This document shows positions 54,100 to 54,908 of a DNA stretch of 54,908 nucleotides, piece after piece (within the stretch, counting starts at the first letter, position 1; every line of letters begins with the position of its first letter). The position numbers and the translations under genes are program-made. The notes under the pieces were generated by a model. That model saw only the letters and a list, made by a program, of their open reading frames with translations. It was not told the origin of the DNA and did no database searches. The stretch is from Octopus bimaculoides (Eukaryota), in the NCBI RefSeq assembly GCF_001194135.2, contig NC_068995.1:57498201-57553108 (forward strand), read 5' to 3'.

Positions 54100-54645
54100 G
54101 GTAGGTAAGTAGGTAGGTATGCAGGCAGGTAGAGAAGTAGGAAGAGAGAAAGATGGTTAGGTAGATAGATAGATAGAGAGAGAGAGAGAAAGAAAGAGAA
54201 AAAGAAGAGTGAGTGAGTGGGAGAGAATGGGAGAGAGTTAAAATTATATATCTCTGTACATTTACGTTGTGTTTGTGTATTCTCCCGGAAAGTAAATGTA
54301 AGCTTCGTTAATGCGCAGCCGCAAAAATGGCGGAGAATAAAAGATAAATAAAGACCACACTAAAAATGTTTCATCATGTTTTAATGATAGGCTTCTGTGA
54401 GAAGGAGATGGGGGAAGGGAAGGAGGTAGAGATATGAGAAAGAAAATACAAGGGAGAAATGTGAGAGAGAGAGAAATACATAGAGAGATAGGAAGAGAGT
54501 GAGAGAGAGAGAGAGAGAGGGGGGGAGAGAGAAGATAAAGAGCGAGAGGCAGAAAAGGAAAAGGATAGAAAGAGAGAGAGAGAGGGTTGAGAGACAGAGA
54601 CAGCGAGACAGAGATAAAGGGAGACAGAGACAGACAAGAGAGAGA
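54100..54645. repeat. Long purine-rich GA compound low-complexity region
   Basis: Direct reading. Confidence 0.85.
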
Positions 54646-54762
54646 CGCGGTCGGTATATTTTGTTGGTTTGTGGGAAAAGAAAGGAAAAATGAAAACAAT
54701 CACTACTTTTGCACCGTAAGGGAAGGCCAAGGAAAAGTATGCCTTCAGATGCATGCATACGT

Positions 54763-54908
54763 GCAGACGACATTCATGCAGACGACATTCATGCAGACGA
54801 CATTCATGCAGACGACATACATGCACACGACATTCATGCAGACGACATTCATGCAGACGACATTCATGCAGACGACATTCATGCAGACGACATTCATGCA
54901 GACGACAT
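54763..54908. repeat. 15-bp minisatellite (gcagacgacattcat)n, at least 9.7 copies, running off the window end
   Basis: Direct reading; only two substitutions, at about 54819 and 54826. Confidence 0.98.

Overview
AT-rich, microsatellite-saturated eukaryotic genomic DNA with about 17 N-gaps, most flanked by (AT)n. The repeat families and simple-repeat density point to a coleoid cephalopod, most likely Octopus; this is an inference. Only one confident host coding segment is present: the terminal homeodomain exon of a Onecut/HNF6 gene (+, 3675-3964). Its CUT-domain exon(s) lie upstream of the window. The rest is intron, 3' UTR or intergenic DNA. It holds many tRNA-derived SINE copies, decayed LINE fragments (Tx1/L1-like, RLE-type R4/Dong-like, a YADD reverse-transcriptase relic), MITE-like elements and short high-complexity islands that look like cis-regulatory elements. 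Almost all ORFs in the supplied track are microsatellite or gap artefacts. I see no evidence for a new multi-gene system. The best leads are RNA-structural or regulatory: two pre-miRNA-sized hairpins (3277-3340, 26736-26807), a 57-bp near-perfect foldback (41037-41174), a SINE-depleted zone downstream of onecut that may be a very long 3' UTR, and candidate splice or promoter signals. All motif and structure calls were made by eye and need computational or experimental confirmation.
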